64,000 nucleotides of DNA from the NCBI GenBank assembly GCA_038496445.1, contig JALMLS010000130.1:62001-126000 (forward strand), read 5' to 3'. Position numbers and translations under genes: made by a program. Of the stretch, positions 1 through 11,629 are shown piece by piece (position 1 is the first letter of the stretch; every line of letters begins with the position of its first letter). The notes under the pieces were generated by a model. That model did not search any database, was not told the DNA's origin, and saw only the letters and a list, made by a program, of their open reading frames with translations. The stretch comes from Trichosphaerium sp. ATCC 40318. Lineage: Eukaryota; Protista; Tubulinea.

Positions 1-158
1 ACAAGACATGTCCCGGAATCTTGTCCTAAACGCTTGTTAAACGCTAAACAAAAGGCCAAATTCAGCCTCATCATACCTGTTGGCGCGATGAACCTTGTAA
101 TGCTTAACACAGCGCCAACCAACAGAGCAACTACTAAACCTTGCAGCGCCTGTTTCAT
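1..158 (-). CDS. 5' part of a secreted protein (runs off window start)
   Basis: ATG at 158. Reads MKQALQGLVVALLVGAVLSITRFIAPT, a GT-AG intron, then GQDSGTCL. Signal peptide followed by an F-I-x-x-x-G-x-D-x-G-x-C motif typical of N-termini of beta-helix surface proteins. Confidence 0.6.
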   Translation of the reverse strand, partial: MKQALQGLVVALLVGAVLSITRFIAPTGMMRLNLAFCLAFNKRLGQDSGTCL

Positions 159-869
159 TATTGATTTTGGAGTTTTTAAACTTTTAGTTTGTAACTTAAC
201 AAATTTTTTGAAAATTTTTGCCAGTGTTGTCTAGAGGTGGGCGTTTAACGGCTGTACCCGGATAAATGTCTGCAGTAGGAACTGTTTACGTGTTTGTAAG
301 GAGAAACTGTCAGAAAGTACAAATGTGACGTGTGAGACAAGTTAGCCAAAATTCGTATTTTGGTACGAGCTACTGTTCGTAGCTGGAGCTAGATTATCTA
401 ATATTGCTATCGACATAGGCTTAAGAGTTTTATTTAACACTGTAACCCAAGTGAAATATGTACTTTCAAAAATTGCAATATTTTAAAAAGAAAAGTACCA
501 ACCTCCTCTTTTTTTATTGCTCTACAAGGAGCATAGAGTCTGAAAAAGGGTTCAAAATTTTGCTGTGCTTCTAGGCATAACCTCACGTTCCAACAATATA
601 ATCGACTATTAGAGCTAGTTAAAGGTAGAGAACTGAAACAAATAGTCAACGGTGGTGCCATTCAGTAAAGTGCAGTCAATGACTCTCGAATTCACAACAC
701 AGCGAGTCCACTGCAGGCGGTGTTGGGTCTTCTATTTTAGAAATAAAGGTTATGTAAATTTTGGGTTGAGGTGATTTTTGATTTATTTTGTACAGGTAGG
801 AGCCATAGAAGTACTTGACTAGTATGGCTTCATTTTTTTTCTTTTATGCGTTTTTACTTTCTGGTTTTT

Positions 870-3800
870 TTATGATACATCTTGTGCTAATGAAAGTGTA
901 TCATCAGATGTTTGTGTTATACTTAGACACTTCTCATTAGCAAGATGCAATAAGCATATAAAGCAATATTGTACAGAAGCATCTTTATGCTTCTTTTGCA
1001 TCTTATCACTGAATCCAGCAAGAACATTCTTAAAATCAACAGGGTTTTCATTTTCTTCATCCTCATCGCTTTCATCAGTATCTTTATCCTAAAGCAAGAA
1101 AATATTGAGAATCATTAAAAGAACAAGCAGTTTAAACGTTAAAATGTGCAACAAGAAGAAAAGGGAACTGCAGTTGTAGAAATTAAAAAAAAACCAAAAA
1201 ATAAAGACTCTCGACTTTTTTCTTCAAGCTTGTGACGGCGTTTCTATACCTGTATTGATAGCTTGGTAAAACTCTTCCATATATCGCTTTTCAAAGCTTT
1301 AACATCTACACGCTTAGCAACAGTAGCATAGCTAATTGTATTCTCTCCTTTTGGTAAATCAGCAGCCTTTGGAAATAGTTAGAAAAAAATTATCCAAAAA
1401 ACAAAAAAAAGACTTGGCTAAAGTGTCGATCCAAAAAATAATATATAACACTGTACAAAATAATAGAGAAAAATCTGTAAATAAACACCATTGATCATGT
1501 GAATGATCAAGTAAGTTACTGCATAATGCAGAACGGGATTTTTTTTGAAACAAAAAAGTGACACAAAGAACGTTTTCGCCGAAAGCTACCTCTTCAAAAG
1601 CGAGCTGTGCTGTGAAATCTACTTGTGGACCATCAACATCGTCCATATCTAATCCACCAACACCACTATCTTGTTGTACAATATCCATCCACTCTTCAGG
1701 CTCAGCATCAACAGCACCATCAGGTGCTTCAGCAGCAGCTGTTAACTTTTTTCTTTTTTTGTGAGATGATATACGCCAATTGGGCTTATTAAATAATTGT
1801 GATAGCATAGAAATATCGTATTTAACATCAGGAGGTAGTAAAAGTTTTGACGATTCTCTTTCATTTTTTTCAAGAATTGACTTTGACAAGACAGTTGAGT
1901 AATTACCAGCCTTCTGGAACATCTTCTCGAACTCCTACAAGCGGGAAAATGTGTTAAAGAGTAAACCAAACATCAATACATAGAAAGCCACAACGAAAAA
2001 AGAAAAGAAAAAAAGTGTAGAAGCAGAATGGTGAAGATGTTTTTTTTTGGTTCTCCAAGAAAAAGTACCTTATCAATTGGTTTCGAGAAATCGATCAAAA
2101 AAGCTTCCTTCTTACGCCTAGCACGTTTCTTTGGTTTCTCGTCTTCTTCATTATCACCAGCAGCAGCGTTTTCTTTATTAGCAGTACTTGGATTTTCTAA
2201 CAAGACAGATAAGTATTACAAACAACAAAGGCATAATAAATAATACAAAAAAAATAAAAGAATCAAGTTCGGTGCTTGGACGCGCCGGTGACACTTTTCA
2301 GGTTCTCTGTTTTGATAATAGGAACCTTTGGTTTTGAAGGTATACACTAATAAATCGAGAATAAAGAAGTAGCATACCTTTAGGTTTTTGAAACTTCCAA
2401 TGGTTTGGACCTGCCCAGTTTTGAAGCAACTTTGAATCAAAGTAGTTATAATCATCACCACCTTGTTTCATTAATCCAAACATGGCTTGCATATCACCTT
2501 CAACACCCTTTGTACACAAGAAAAGTAAGTTTAAACGAAAACACATAAAAGCAAGTGAAAAAAAAATCCAAAGGACTTACAGATGAATCTTTTTGTGGTG
2601 TTGCTACTAAAGGAAATACTTCACCTGCAATAGCTTCTTCAAGCTGTTGCTCAGCAACGTTTATACTTGAATCAATGTTCATATCACTATTTTGGCTAAT
2701 TGTTAGTTATACTGTTGTTACTAGGAAGTTGTTATTTACCCGAGTTCAAAGTCGATTTCTGGCATTGCTTCAAGTTGATCAAGATCTTCCATCTCTACTA
2801 TATCATCATCTGGTGCTTCACCAGTGATTTTAAAGTTATCATAAATAGAACAAAGGGTCTTATTATTTACTTCTTCAAGATCACCAAGCATATCTACAAA
2901 AGAAAGGAAAATGTAAGTACAGAAAACCAAAAAACAAAAGCACGATAAAAAAAATTGGCAAAAAAAATTTAATCAATTGGTTTAATCAACTAAACAAAAG
3001 CCGTTGAACTGACCACACAATCACTCGTTCATATGAGAAGCTATTTAGATGAAATGGAATGAATTAGGGTCATTAAAAGTAGAATAAAGGAGGTGGACAA
3101 TAGTGATTGAATTGAAAGATGTGTTTACCTATTAGCTCGCTAACATCTTGTTCAGGTACATTAGAAGCCTCTTCGTCAGCGCTAATGTCATACTGAGCAT
3201 CACTAGAATCGAATATAATTTCACATCCAGGAAAAACACAAAGTTGATTCAGAAGCAATCCTCTAGCACCACCTACAAGAAAAATAAAACAATCAGCATA
3301 AGAACTTCTTCAAATTCATTCCAGCGTTTATGTCTCGCCTTCTAAGTACCTGCATCGAAAGAAGCTGATGTTTTCCTGAACAGAGGGTCAACTGCGAAGG
3401 CTAAATGAATCTTCTTGGCGTTTATATCGGTCTCGTTCGTGACTAGTGTATTTACGGCTTTTTCGGCACGCTAAGTATAATGTCAGTGTATAAACTCGTG
3501 TAATACAAGGTTTCGTACTGGCTTTCTCGGCCTGTCAGTCGCCTGTTCAGCTTTTTTATTTTGTTTTTCTTCCTCCGCTTGGTTCATGACACCCAGCATC
3601 TATGTAGGGTTACAACGTGATGATTTTAATGGCGGGTAAACAGCCAATTTCAAAACATAAAAATGCTAACCTTGTACGCGTCAGTGTGTACAGAATCAAC
3701 TCTGTACGAGTATATTTTAATAGAGGCATCTAATGTAGCAGAAGCGACCTAATTGACATTTAAAATTTGAAATCTACAATTTTGTTATAATCGCCTCTAC

Positions 3801-4261
3801 GTGCCTGAAAGTTTGTGCCGACGCGTTCTTGGTCTTGTTCTGTAGTCTCATTCTCAATAATGTCATCGAGGTTGTCAATTAACCGCAAACTCCAAGTATT
3901 TTTTGCATTAATTTTCTAGAGGTTATAAGGCATCGCATACCACTTTTTTACGCACGTTAGCCGCTGACAGATGTACAATATCCCTGTATAGCTCAGATAA
4001 CTGAGCTTGTGATAATTTGACTTTAGGGCGCTTTGTTGGTGTCCCTGGATCGCCTTGAGATGATAGACGTCTACGAAGTGGACTTGGAAGATCAACATTT
4101 CCTGGTACTTTGAAAGTTGATTTTTTTCGTTTTTTACGCTGCCTTCGCTCTGCCTCGTCATCGTTTTGAGGTATTATTTCTTCAATTTCGTCATCAGCTG
4201 TTGCCTTTTTTTTTTGAGACCAAGTAGATAAGCGCCGTTTCTTCGATCTTTTAGACGACAT
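870..4261 (-). CDS. NCAPH: Condensin I kleisin subunit (CAP-H/Barren/Brn1), multi-exon
   Basis: Spliced motifs KINAKNTWSLRLIDNL, NFQVASATLDASIKIYSYRVDSVH, DPLFRKTSASFD, WAGPNHWKF, LLPPD, and C-terminal FICLLHLANEK. Confidence 0.95.
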
Positions 4262-4335
4262 GGCACTACAGTGCTTTAACCGCCAAGTTTTTTAAGTTTC
4301 GATCAAAAACTTAAGTTGAGCAGTCTTTAAGCCAC
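4262..4335. promoter_or_regulatory. 74-bp bidirectional promoter between condensin and the Kir-like gene
   Basis: Divergent ATGs at 4261(-) and 4336(+), with several TTAAG/CTTAA elements between them. Confidence 0.55.
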
Positions 4336-5549
4336 ATGTCCAACGTGACCTTTAAAGGAGTAAAACAGGACGCTGGAGATGTATATTACCATTTTTTAAA
4401 GTGTAATACAATTTCCGTGATTATTGCTTAAATAAACCTTCGTTTAGTGTCTTGGATTTCACTCCTCGCGTATGTGTTTGTGTTGGCGGTGTTTGTTTCA
4501 GTTTTATTTGGTATCGCTTTCTGCGTACGTACTGATTACATCAATTTAATCTTACAGCATAACAGATAGTACAAGGCGTAGATTTTCCTATTTTGGATGG
4601 CGCTGAGCCAACTACCGCAGATTACCTATTTCACAGGTAACTGTCAGCGTCACTGATCTCTACTATAACACGCCTGTAGCTTTTATATATTTTCAGCGAT
4701 GGGAAGCGATGCAACGAATGTCACCACTTCATCTAAGCTGCTAGGCAGCATAACTCATATGTTCGGTGTTGTGTTACTAGCTCTGTTAATAGGTACAACC
4801 AACTATAAGACATAAAGCCATAAGACATGTGATAGGTGTCATTTACAGCAAGTTTGCAATACCTAAAAGTAGAATTTTATTCTGTAATTACGCAATCATT
4901 TCTGGTAAAGAGAAGAGACACCTCCATTTAAGAGTTACGAATCAACGTGATAATACTATTCTGGATCCTCAGGTTAAGATATCTGTATCAATTCTTAATC
5001 GCAGTGGGGCACCAGTACGTTAAATACAAAGCCAAAGCATTTCTGACATTGCAATTTAAGGGCAAAGAAATGGTTGATTTGACACTTCTCAGAGATAGTT
5101 CGCCGATAATGCCGTTTGTTTGGACACTATCAGTAAGTTAGTTACACGGAATCTCTAAATAACTGGTCCTCATTGGCCACTCTTGATACCAAGACTAGTA
5201 TCATTGTTCTTTTGATATTTCTTTTACATTTTTTCACAGCCTCCTTAGCACCCTATCACTCCAGATAGTCCTTTTCATGATATACGAACTCCAGAGGACC
5301 TAGAAAAAACAGATTGCTTTCTTTGTGTTCTATTGACAGGTGTAGATGGAACGTACTTTGAGCAACTGTATGCTTACAAACAATATGACTCAAGTCACAT
5401 TGTATTTGACAAAGATTTTCGTAATACAGTTGAAAGAATGAACGATAACACTTGGTGCATTAATTTAGGTGCGCCTTAAATATTTTTGCATCACGTTTCA
5501 AACATACTAATCGGACACAGAGCACTTCCACCAACTCGTTGACTTGTAA
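4336..5549 (+). CDS. Inward-rectifier (Kir/KirBac-like) channel with a non-canonical filter, multi-exon
   Basis: DVYYHFL..SW slide helix, TM1, pore region HSFYIFSAMGSD, TM2 ..GVIYSKFAIPK, ILFCNYAII, LRVTNQR, WTLSHPITPDSPF, LTGVDGT. These are all Kir pore or cytoplasmic-domain motifs. Confidence 0.88.
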
Positions 5550-6094
5550 ATGAATTGACTTTTTTTGAATAAATGTGCATCTCACAAATGGTTTTTGACA
5601 TGTACTACCACAATAGTTGTGGTTGTAAACCATACGTCACCTTTTGTATCTCACTGTGTGAACTCTCCTTTTAGTTTGGCACCAACATACAACTAAGCAA
5701 CGTTTCAATTGAACCTTAATTTGTTCATGCCATGCCATGTCTTGTACTTCAAGCTCACCGCCCACATAATAGTGGTTCGTTCAATCCACAGATGTTCCAC
5801 ACCTTGAACTCTCCTTCAAGTGTTCTATTTACATAATTACATTGCACCTACATGAGTGCTCCTTTTAGATTCTCTGTTTATAATTGGAAAGAAGCTTGTT
5901 GCAAGATTGACGTTGCAGAAAACAGATAACACAATCCGTCTTTTGACAGACCCTGGGTTTTTATTTATTACAAGATTTTTTGAGGCTTTAGAGTGAACTT
6001 TTGCAAAAGTTATTGAAAGGTCACGACCAAAATAGACTCAGAAAACGCTTGAAAAAAAATCGCTTACAGCATCTTACTACGTACAGACCTGCCT

Positions 6095-7801
6095 ATGGCT
6101 GAACTCCAATCAAAGCAAGTTAATTTACAACATAAAAACTACCTGGCCGTTGGTTCAGTTCACTCCATCGCAATCGCAGACGATGGCTACGTTTATTCGT
6201 GGGGAGGAAACGGATATCACCAGTTAGGTAATACGCACAAAGAAGAGGTGTATACTGCGCGCCCAATCGAGGGTCTCCAAAATATCGCTTGTGTTGCTGC
6301 TGGTATACGCCGGAACCTTGCGGTTGATGAAAATGGATCTGTGTACACGTGGGGCGGTACTTGCATATCACTAACCCAAAGCCAACACGTGTTCTAAGTC
6401 TTACTCGAATAACGCAAGTAAGTGCTTGTATCATTTGTATGGCTTTATCCGAATCGGGTTACGTGTACTCTTGGGGAGACGGACAGTCGCCAACACTTAT
6501 TTCAAACCTTGAGAATGTTTCTAAAATTCAAACCAATCACTTTATGAGTGGAGCAGTTACAACCACAGGACATGTTTTCCTGTGGGGAACAACAACAAGT
6601 GAAGAAAAAGATAACAAATTATTCTTAAAACCAAATAAGATATCACGTGTCCCACAAATTGAAGATGCCATTGATATTGCCATTGGTACGTATCATGTAT
6701 TAGTTCTCATCAGATCAAAGAGGGTGGTTTCATTTGGATACAACGATAGTGGTTGTCTTGGGTTGGGAGAAGATAATAAGTATGGGTATGGTGTCATCAC
6801 TGAACTAAATGAGATAAAATCTATACATTGTGGTGATAAATCCTCTTTTGCCATTGACCATCAAGGATTCTTGTATGGCTGGGAGGTAGTTAACTGGATA
6901 GAACCGTTTTCAGGTTGGGGTGAAGGTAGACATCTTGATAACTTTACATCAAACAAGCCTGTAAAAATACATGGAAAGTATGTCGAGATTGCTACTAATA
7001 ATTGCCATTATATGGCTATTCGTGACGATTTTTCTCTGATCACGGGTGGCGACAATACGTTTGGAGAAGCAAATCCACAGACTTTGACATTCAAACAACT
7101 TAAGGTGCAATTGTTTGATTTCATTTGTCGTATACTTATCTATTGTTTAGTTGCCTGAACATCAATCCAACGGTGTATCAACAATTAGTAACAAAGAATT
7201 GAAAGAAGATCCAAAAGAAAAGTACTCGACCAAAGAGTTGATTGATACAGCACTTGAATACACAAAGTTTGGTGATATTCCCGAACACCTAGACATCATT
7301 CAAAGCGCACTTGAAGACTTAGAAATACCGCAAAATCAAGTTAAATACTCAAACAAGGTACATTTGCATAACAAACAGGATTCTAATCTAAATTTCATAG
7401 TCCAGTGAACAAAGAGGTGATATTCCAACTGAAGAAGGTATGTTCTTACCTCAGCAATCATGGATAACTAAGCCTAATATTTCTGTTGTCGACGCTAAGG
7501 TACACTATACTTCTAAAAGCTTTTTACTAATTTGGTTAAGCTGCAATTCTCTCAACCACGTAACAATCAATCTATTCCTTCTATCCCTGTGTTACAGCCC
7601 CAAAGCGAAGCAACCAATTGGGAGTCAATACTACGGAAAGTGGGAATTGCGAATGAACGAGCAGAAGAGCTTGGATCTTTGATGACTATGGCTGCTATTA
7701 TACCTAGTGAAATTGCTCCAGATGTTTTAAAAGAGCTTGGGTTCAATGTGATCGAACGCATTAAAGTCATCAAAGCAAAAAAAAACAAGGTATTATTATA
7801 A
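6095..7801 (+). CDS. RCC1/BLIP-II repeat protein with C-terminal SAM-like domain; one frameshift at about 6352
   Basis: Repeated GxVYxWG, HSIAI and GxN.xGxLG motifs. C-terminus LKELGFNVIERIKVI is SAM-like. The frame changes in the G4 run at 6351-6354. Confidence 0.8.
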
Positions 7802-8344
7802 CAAAAATAAATATCTGAGTTCATGCCGATACTCCCATTTTGTATCTTACAACGAGAAATCTTAAGTTCTTTCCAAGGGTACTTGCCTCAGAATATCTAC
7901 AGACTTTTGTATCGATATTTTTTTTCTTCAATTGACCATAAGAACCAAAGCCGGATGCTGGTTAATGCCGGTGAAACAGCCAGCATCAAGGAACATAGAA
8001 GCCGGCCATTCAGCCGGTAATGTGGTACAAACAATAGGTAAATGAATGTGGTGATTATACCAACTTACCAACCATTCATGAGAACAGCATGTTCTGCCCA
8101 GTACCACCCTAGCCTTCTTTAAGCCTAGAGGCATTGTACTGGTGGTATAACCAGCTTTAGATATCACCAGAGTGTGTTCAAGCAGAAATTTAACTAATTT
8201 CCTGATTAGGTTTTAAAACTCAGGCATTTCTGACTCTAATTTATTGTGCGTTTACACAGTTGTTTTAAACTTTTATACTTTTCACACTTGGTACAGTGTT
8301 AAATAAAGCGTTTAGGCCCTTGCGGAACGCTAAATAATATAGCT
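7784..8344 (+). repeat. Repeat A, copy 1 (inverted partner at 31371-31811)
   Basis: Reverse complement matches 31371-31811 (e.g. ggtataatcaccacattcatttacctattgtttgtac, aaaatgggagtatc, ctcagatatttatttttgtta). Copy 1 carries about 110 extra nt. Confidence 0.95.
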
Positions 8345-8375
8345 CTAATGAGTTTATGTGAGAATGTTTGTTGGT

Positions 8376-10604
8376 TCACAAGTTTAATGTCTTTATTGAT
8401 GATTCCGTTTTTGACTCAAGCATTGCTATTGTCTTTTCTTGCATATCTCTCTTTTTTCTTATTGCTGTGACATGCAGAAAGCTTATACAAGCAAGTTGTA
8501 GCCAAAAAGCAAACATAGTAATGATTGCAGCAGGAATAGTGTCAATTACAGTTACCAGTAAAGCTGGAATTATAGGAGATAAGGTAAATAACACACCACT
8601 TATCATCAGCTGTATAGACATCTAATAAATATGTCAAAAAAACCCCTTTAAAACATGTCAAAAAAACCTAAAAAGTAAACATAGAATGCTTTACAAAAAC
8701 GTTACCTTTGTGAGTACTCTAGTTTGCTCATTCTGTTCCTTTCGATTAACCATATATATTACAAAAAAAGATCCAGTAACTACCATATAAATACTTCCAG
8801 CCAGTGTAATAGACACAACTATGACAATAGACAGTATATTCAACAATGGTGAGTTGTAAAGTCCAGTTAAAATAGCAAGGGTCAAGTCCGTAACTACAAC
8901 TACTAAAATCACAAACGCCCATGCAATCAGAACCTTTGTAGTTAAATAATTTTTAACTCTGTATTGCCCTTTTCTAATATGGTGCAACATACCGTGCCTA
9001 CTCAAATAAACAACAAGATTGAATGAACTCAAGTAGGTGTCGTTGTTACGCACCAATACATTGAAGCAAGGATAGTGGTTGCAAACGAGAGTGAAGGCAT
9101 CCCAAATAAGAAGATATCATGAACAACATTTGGGAATATTCTTCGAGAGTACAGAGGATCAATAACAACATAAGTCCCTCGCACTGAGTTGTTGAGTTAG
9201 AAAATATGAAGTGGAAGCTATAAAACATACAAGTATTTGCAAAAACTTCAACGACAAGGCATAAGATAGGGAAAGATAACTCGAAATGCTTCTCTTCTTT
9301 GAACATATAGTACAGCTTTTGTGTACCTAGAAACACAACACCAAAACACAAACCACCAAATAGAATAGAGAAGAAAACCTATGGAGAGAAATAAGAATGA
9401 CAATATGTGAGAAGCTAGAAGTGTTCAGTTGTACTGTCACATCTTAATTGACAGTCTTAGTTCATGCAAATAGAGTTATACACGCACTAGAACGATTTCA
9501 TTTGTGATTTTCCAAGGGTTGTGATCTAAAATAAAGACATGAGAACAACCAACAAGAGTGAAGAAAAAACGTGTTGATCAAAAAAATCTGTATATTTAGT
9601 TACCATTAGGGAATAAGGTGACATCAAAAGTTAAGAAAGTTCCATTATTGTCCGGTATTAGTGTACTTCTTAATATCTCTGCAAGTTCTATTCCTGCCTC
9701 CACACTGGCAATACGTGGCATTTTTTTTACTGTGTTTAAACGCAAATAGTTTAGTGAACCATGCTCAACTATGTTACAAATGAGAAGGCAACCTTGGCGC
9801 AAAAACGAACAAGCAAGCACAATGAGCAAAATTAAATCTTTTCTATACAGGTACAAATAATACAGCAACAGTAGCATTTGAAAAAATAATTAATTAAACA
9901 GCGCCTCACGTGTCAGATTGGTACGCTAACCAGAACTGACAACAAAATATGTTCAAAGAATTGTTACGGGCTTATTTTTCACTTTTTTGCAGTACTTGTA
10001 AAATGTGCAGTTCTAATTTTGCTCTACCTACCTGTAATGCCACCCAGTAAAAAGAATACGATAGCAATGGCACCACTTTCCGCAATTTCTATAACGTTAT
10101 TTCCCCACTTCCAGTTCGCTCTCTCAACAGGCAACAACACGATCTTTCCAGAAATATTAGGATGTATGTAACCAACAAGAGTTCCTGCAACAGAAAGAGT
10201 TAGCGCCCTTGAACCTTACATGGGCTAAAATATTTAATAATTTCTGTCACATGAAAGGATACAATCTAGGCGCGCTGTTAGGCAACACCACACAATAAAA
10301 TAATAACACAAGTTCCCTTTTTTGTGGCGTTTTTTTAACGGTACGTATGTTTTAAACCACCATCACGTGATATTACGTTATATTTGTACCTGATATTGAT
10401 TCATGTTGTTTCCAAATATCTTTTGAGAGCCACGTGATATCAGGAGTGTCAAAAAAGACTAGAAACGTAGGCATGAGCGCATGTAACATATAAGATACTA
10501 AAAGAGTAATAATATCTAGTACGTTCTGTATTGTTGGCGTCAATTAAAACAAGCGCATCACAGCCAACTATAATGACAAGTACTATAGCTACTACTTGCC
10601 ACAT
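8376..10604 (-). CDS. Multi-pass (7TM, THH1/TOM1/GPR137-like) membrane protein with N-terminal PA-like ectodomain
   Basis: Signal peptide MWQVVAIVLVIIVGCDA. PA-like ISGKIVLL and AESGAIAIVF. NPW, then hydrophobic helices including RGTYVVIDPLYSR and SMYW. Introns splice in frame. Confidence 0.7.
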
Positions 10605-11369
10605 GAAGGGACCTGTGTTAGCCGTGTCTTTCAAGTCAAAACAGTTATATATAATTCGGTTTTCATTCCCTTCACGGAAACTTCAAGCCATGTTGACAAC
10701 AGAGCAAACCACAATTTGGTGTTCTAAAAACAGAGTTACTAATGAGTTTAGATTACGAATTACAAAAAAGTAAAACACTTGTTTGAGAGACTTCTTTGTA
10801 CAACCCCCAGATCTTAAATCAAGAGGATGCTTACTTTATTACGTAGTACTCATGTGAAGCCACAATTCTTTGTAAAAAAAAACAGTTGTATGAGTCTTAT
10901 TTAAAGGCCTTAAACTAACACCATTGAGCTTTTCTTCTTTGCTTGTTTACACTTTTGTTATCTCAATAGTTGTCGTTTGATACACTGAGGATGGAATTCA
11001 TTGGTTAATCTTGAAAGACTCGACCATTACCCCAAAGACATTTTTTGGAAAACTAAAAATTTGGCAGTTTTTTTATCATCATGCTGCTGTTAGTAATTTG
11101 TTATTACAATTTCTTTGGCGTGTGCGAAATAGACGACTACAAGGGTGTATAATTTGTGATTTTGAGAACAGGCAGTGTTCTTGGTGGGCTTGGTTCGTTC
11201 CATGAAGAATGTGGGGGAAATGTGTTTTATTGGACTGAAAGCGGAGCACAAAGAGCTCTACAAAAATATTTTTGAATACTATACACTATCTGATGATACA
11301 AACAAGATAGTAGTATAGCCATTACAGAATTACAATCAGGTGGCAAACATAGTTGTACTGCTGTATTGT

Positions 11370-11560
11370 TCAAAACTCGAAATTTGGCCCTTTTTGGCAG
11401 TTTGTTGTTGGTCGCCATGCCCACCTGTGTCTAGTGCGTTTACGTAGGTTAAACGGGCTCATAATGTACACTACACCATATTCACTAATTTCACCAGCTA
11501 TATCATTAGCCATATACAATATACTTTTACCACATCCGGGTGGTCCAGTAAGTAGGAGAC
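11370..11560 (-). pseudogene. Orphan P-loop NTPase exon or fragment
   Basis: After a polypyrimidine-TAG acceptor it reads GLLLTGPPGCGKSILY...GVVYI (Walker A), then stops. No upstream exon was found. Confidence 0.45.
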
Positions 11561-11629
11561 CTAAAGAAGAGCACATTTGTGAAAAAAAAAGAAAAAGAAA
11601 AGGAAGTAACCCTGGTGTTTATTGGATGT

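Noticed and set aside
672-715. Hairpin TGCAGT..GACTC..GAGTC..ACTGCA as a SECIS element
   Set aside because: Lacks the paired GA quartet, and no in-frame UGA gene is associated.
10254-10263. U12-type donor GTATCCTTT on the minus strand inside a PA-7TM intron
   Set aside because: No U12 branch site downstream, and using it yields an in-frame TGA. The flanking exons join correctly with ordinary sites.
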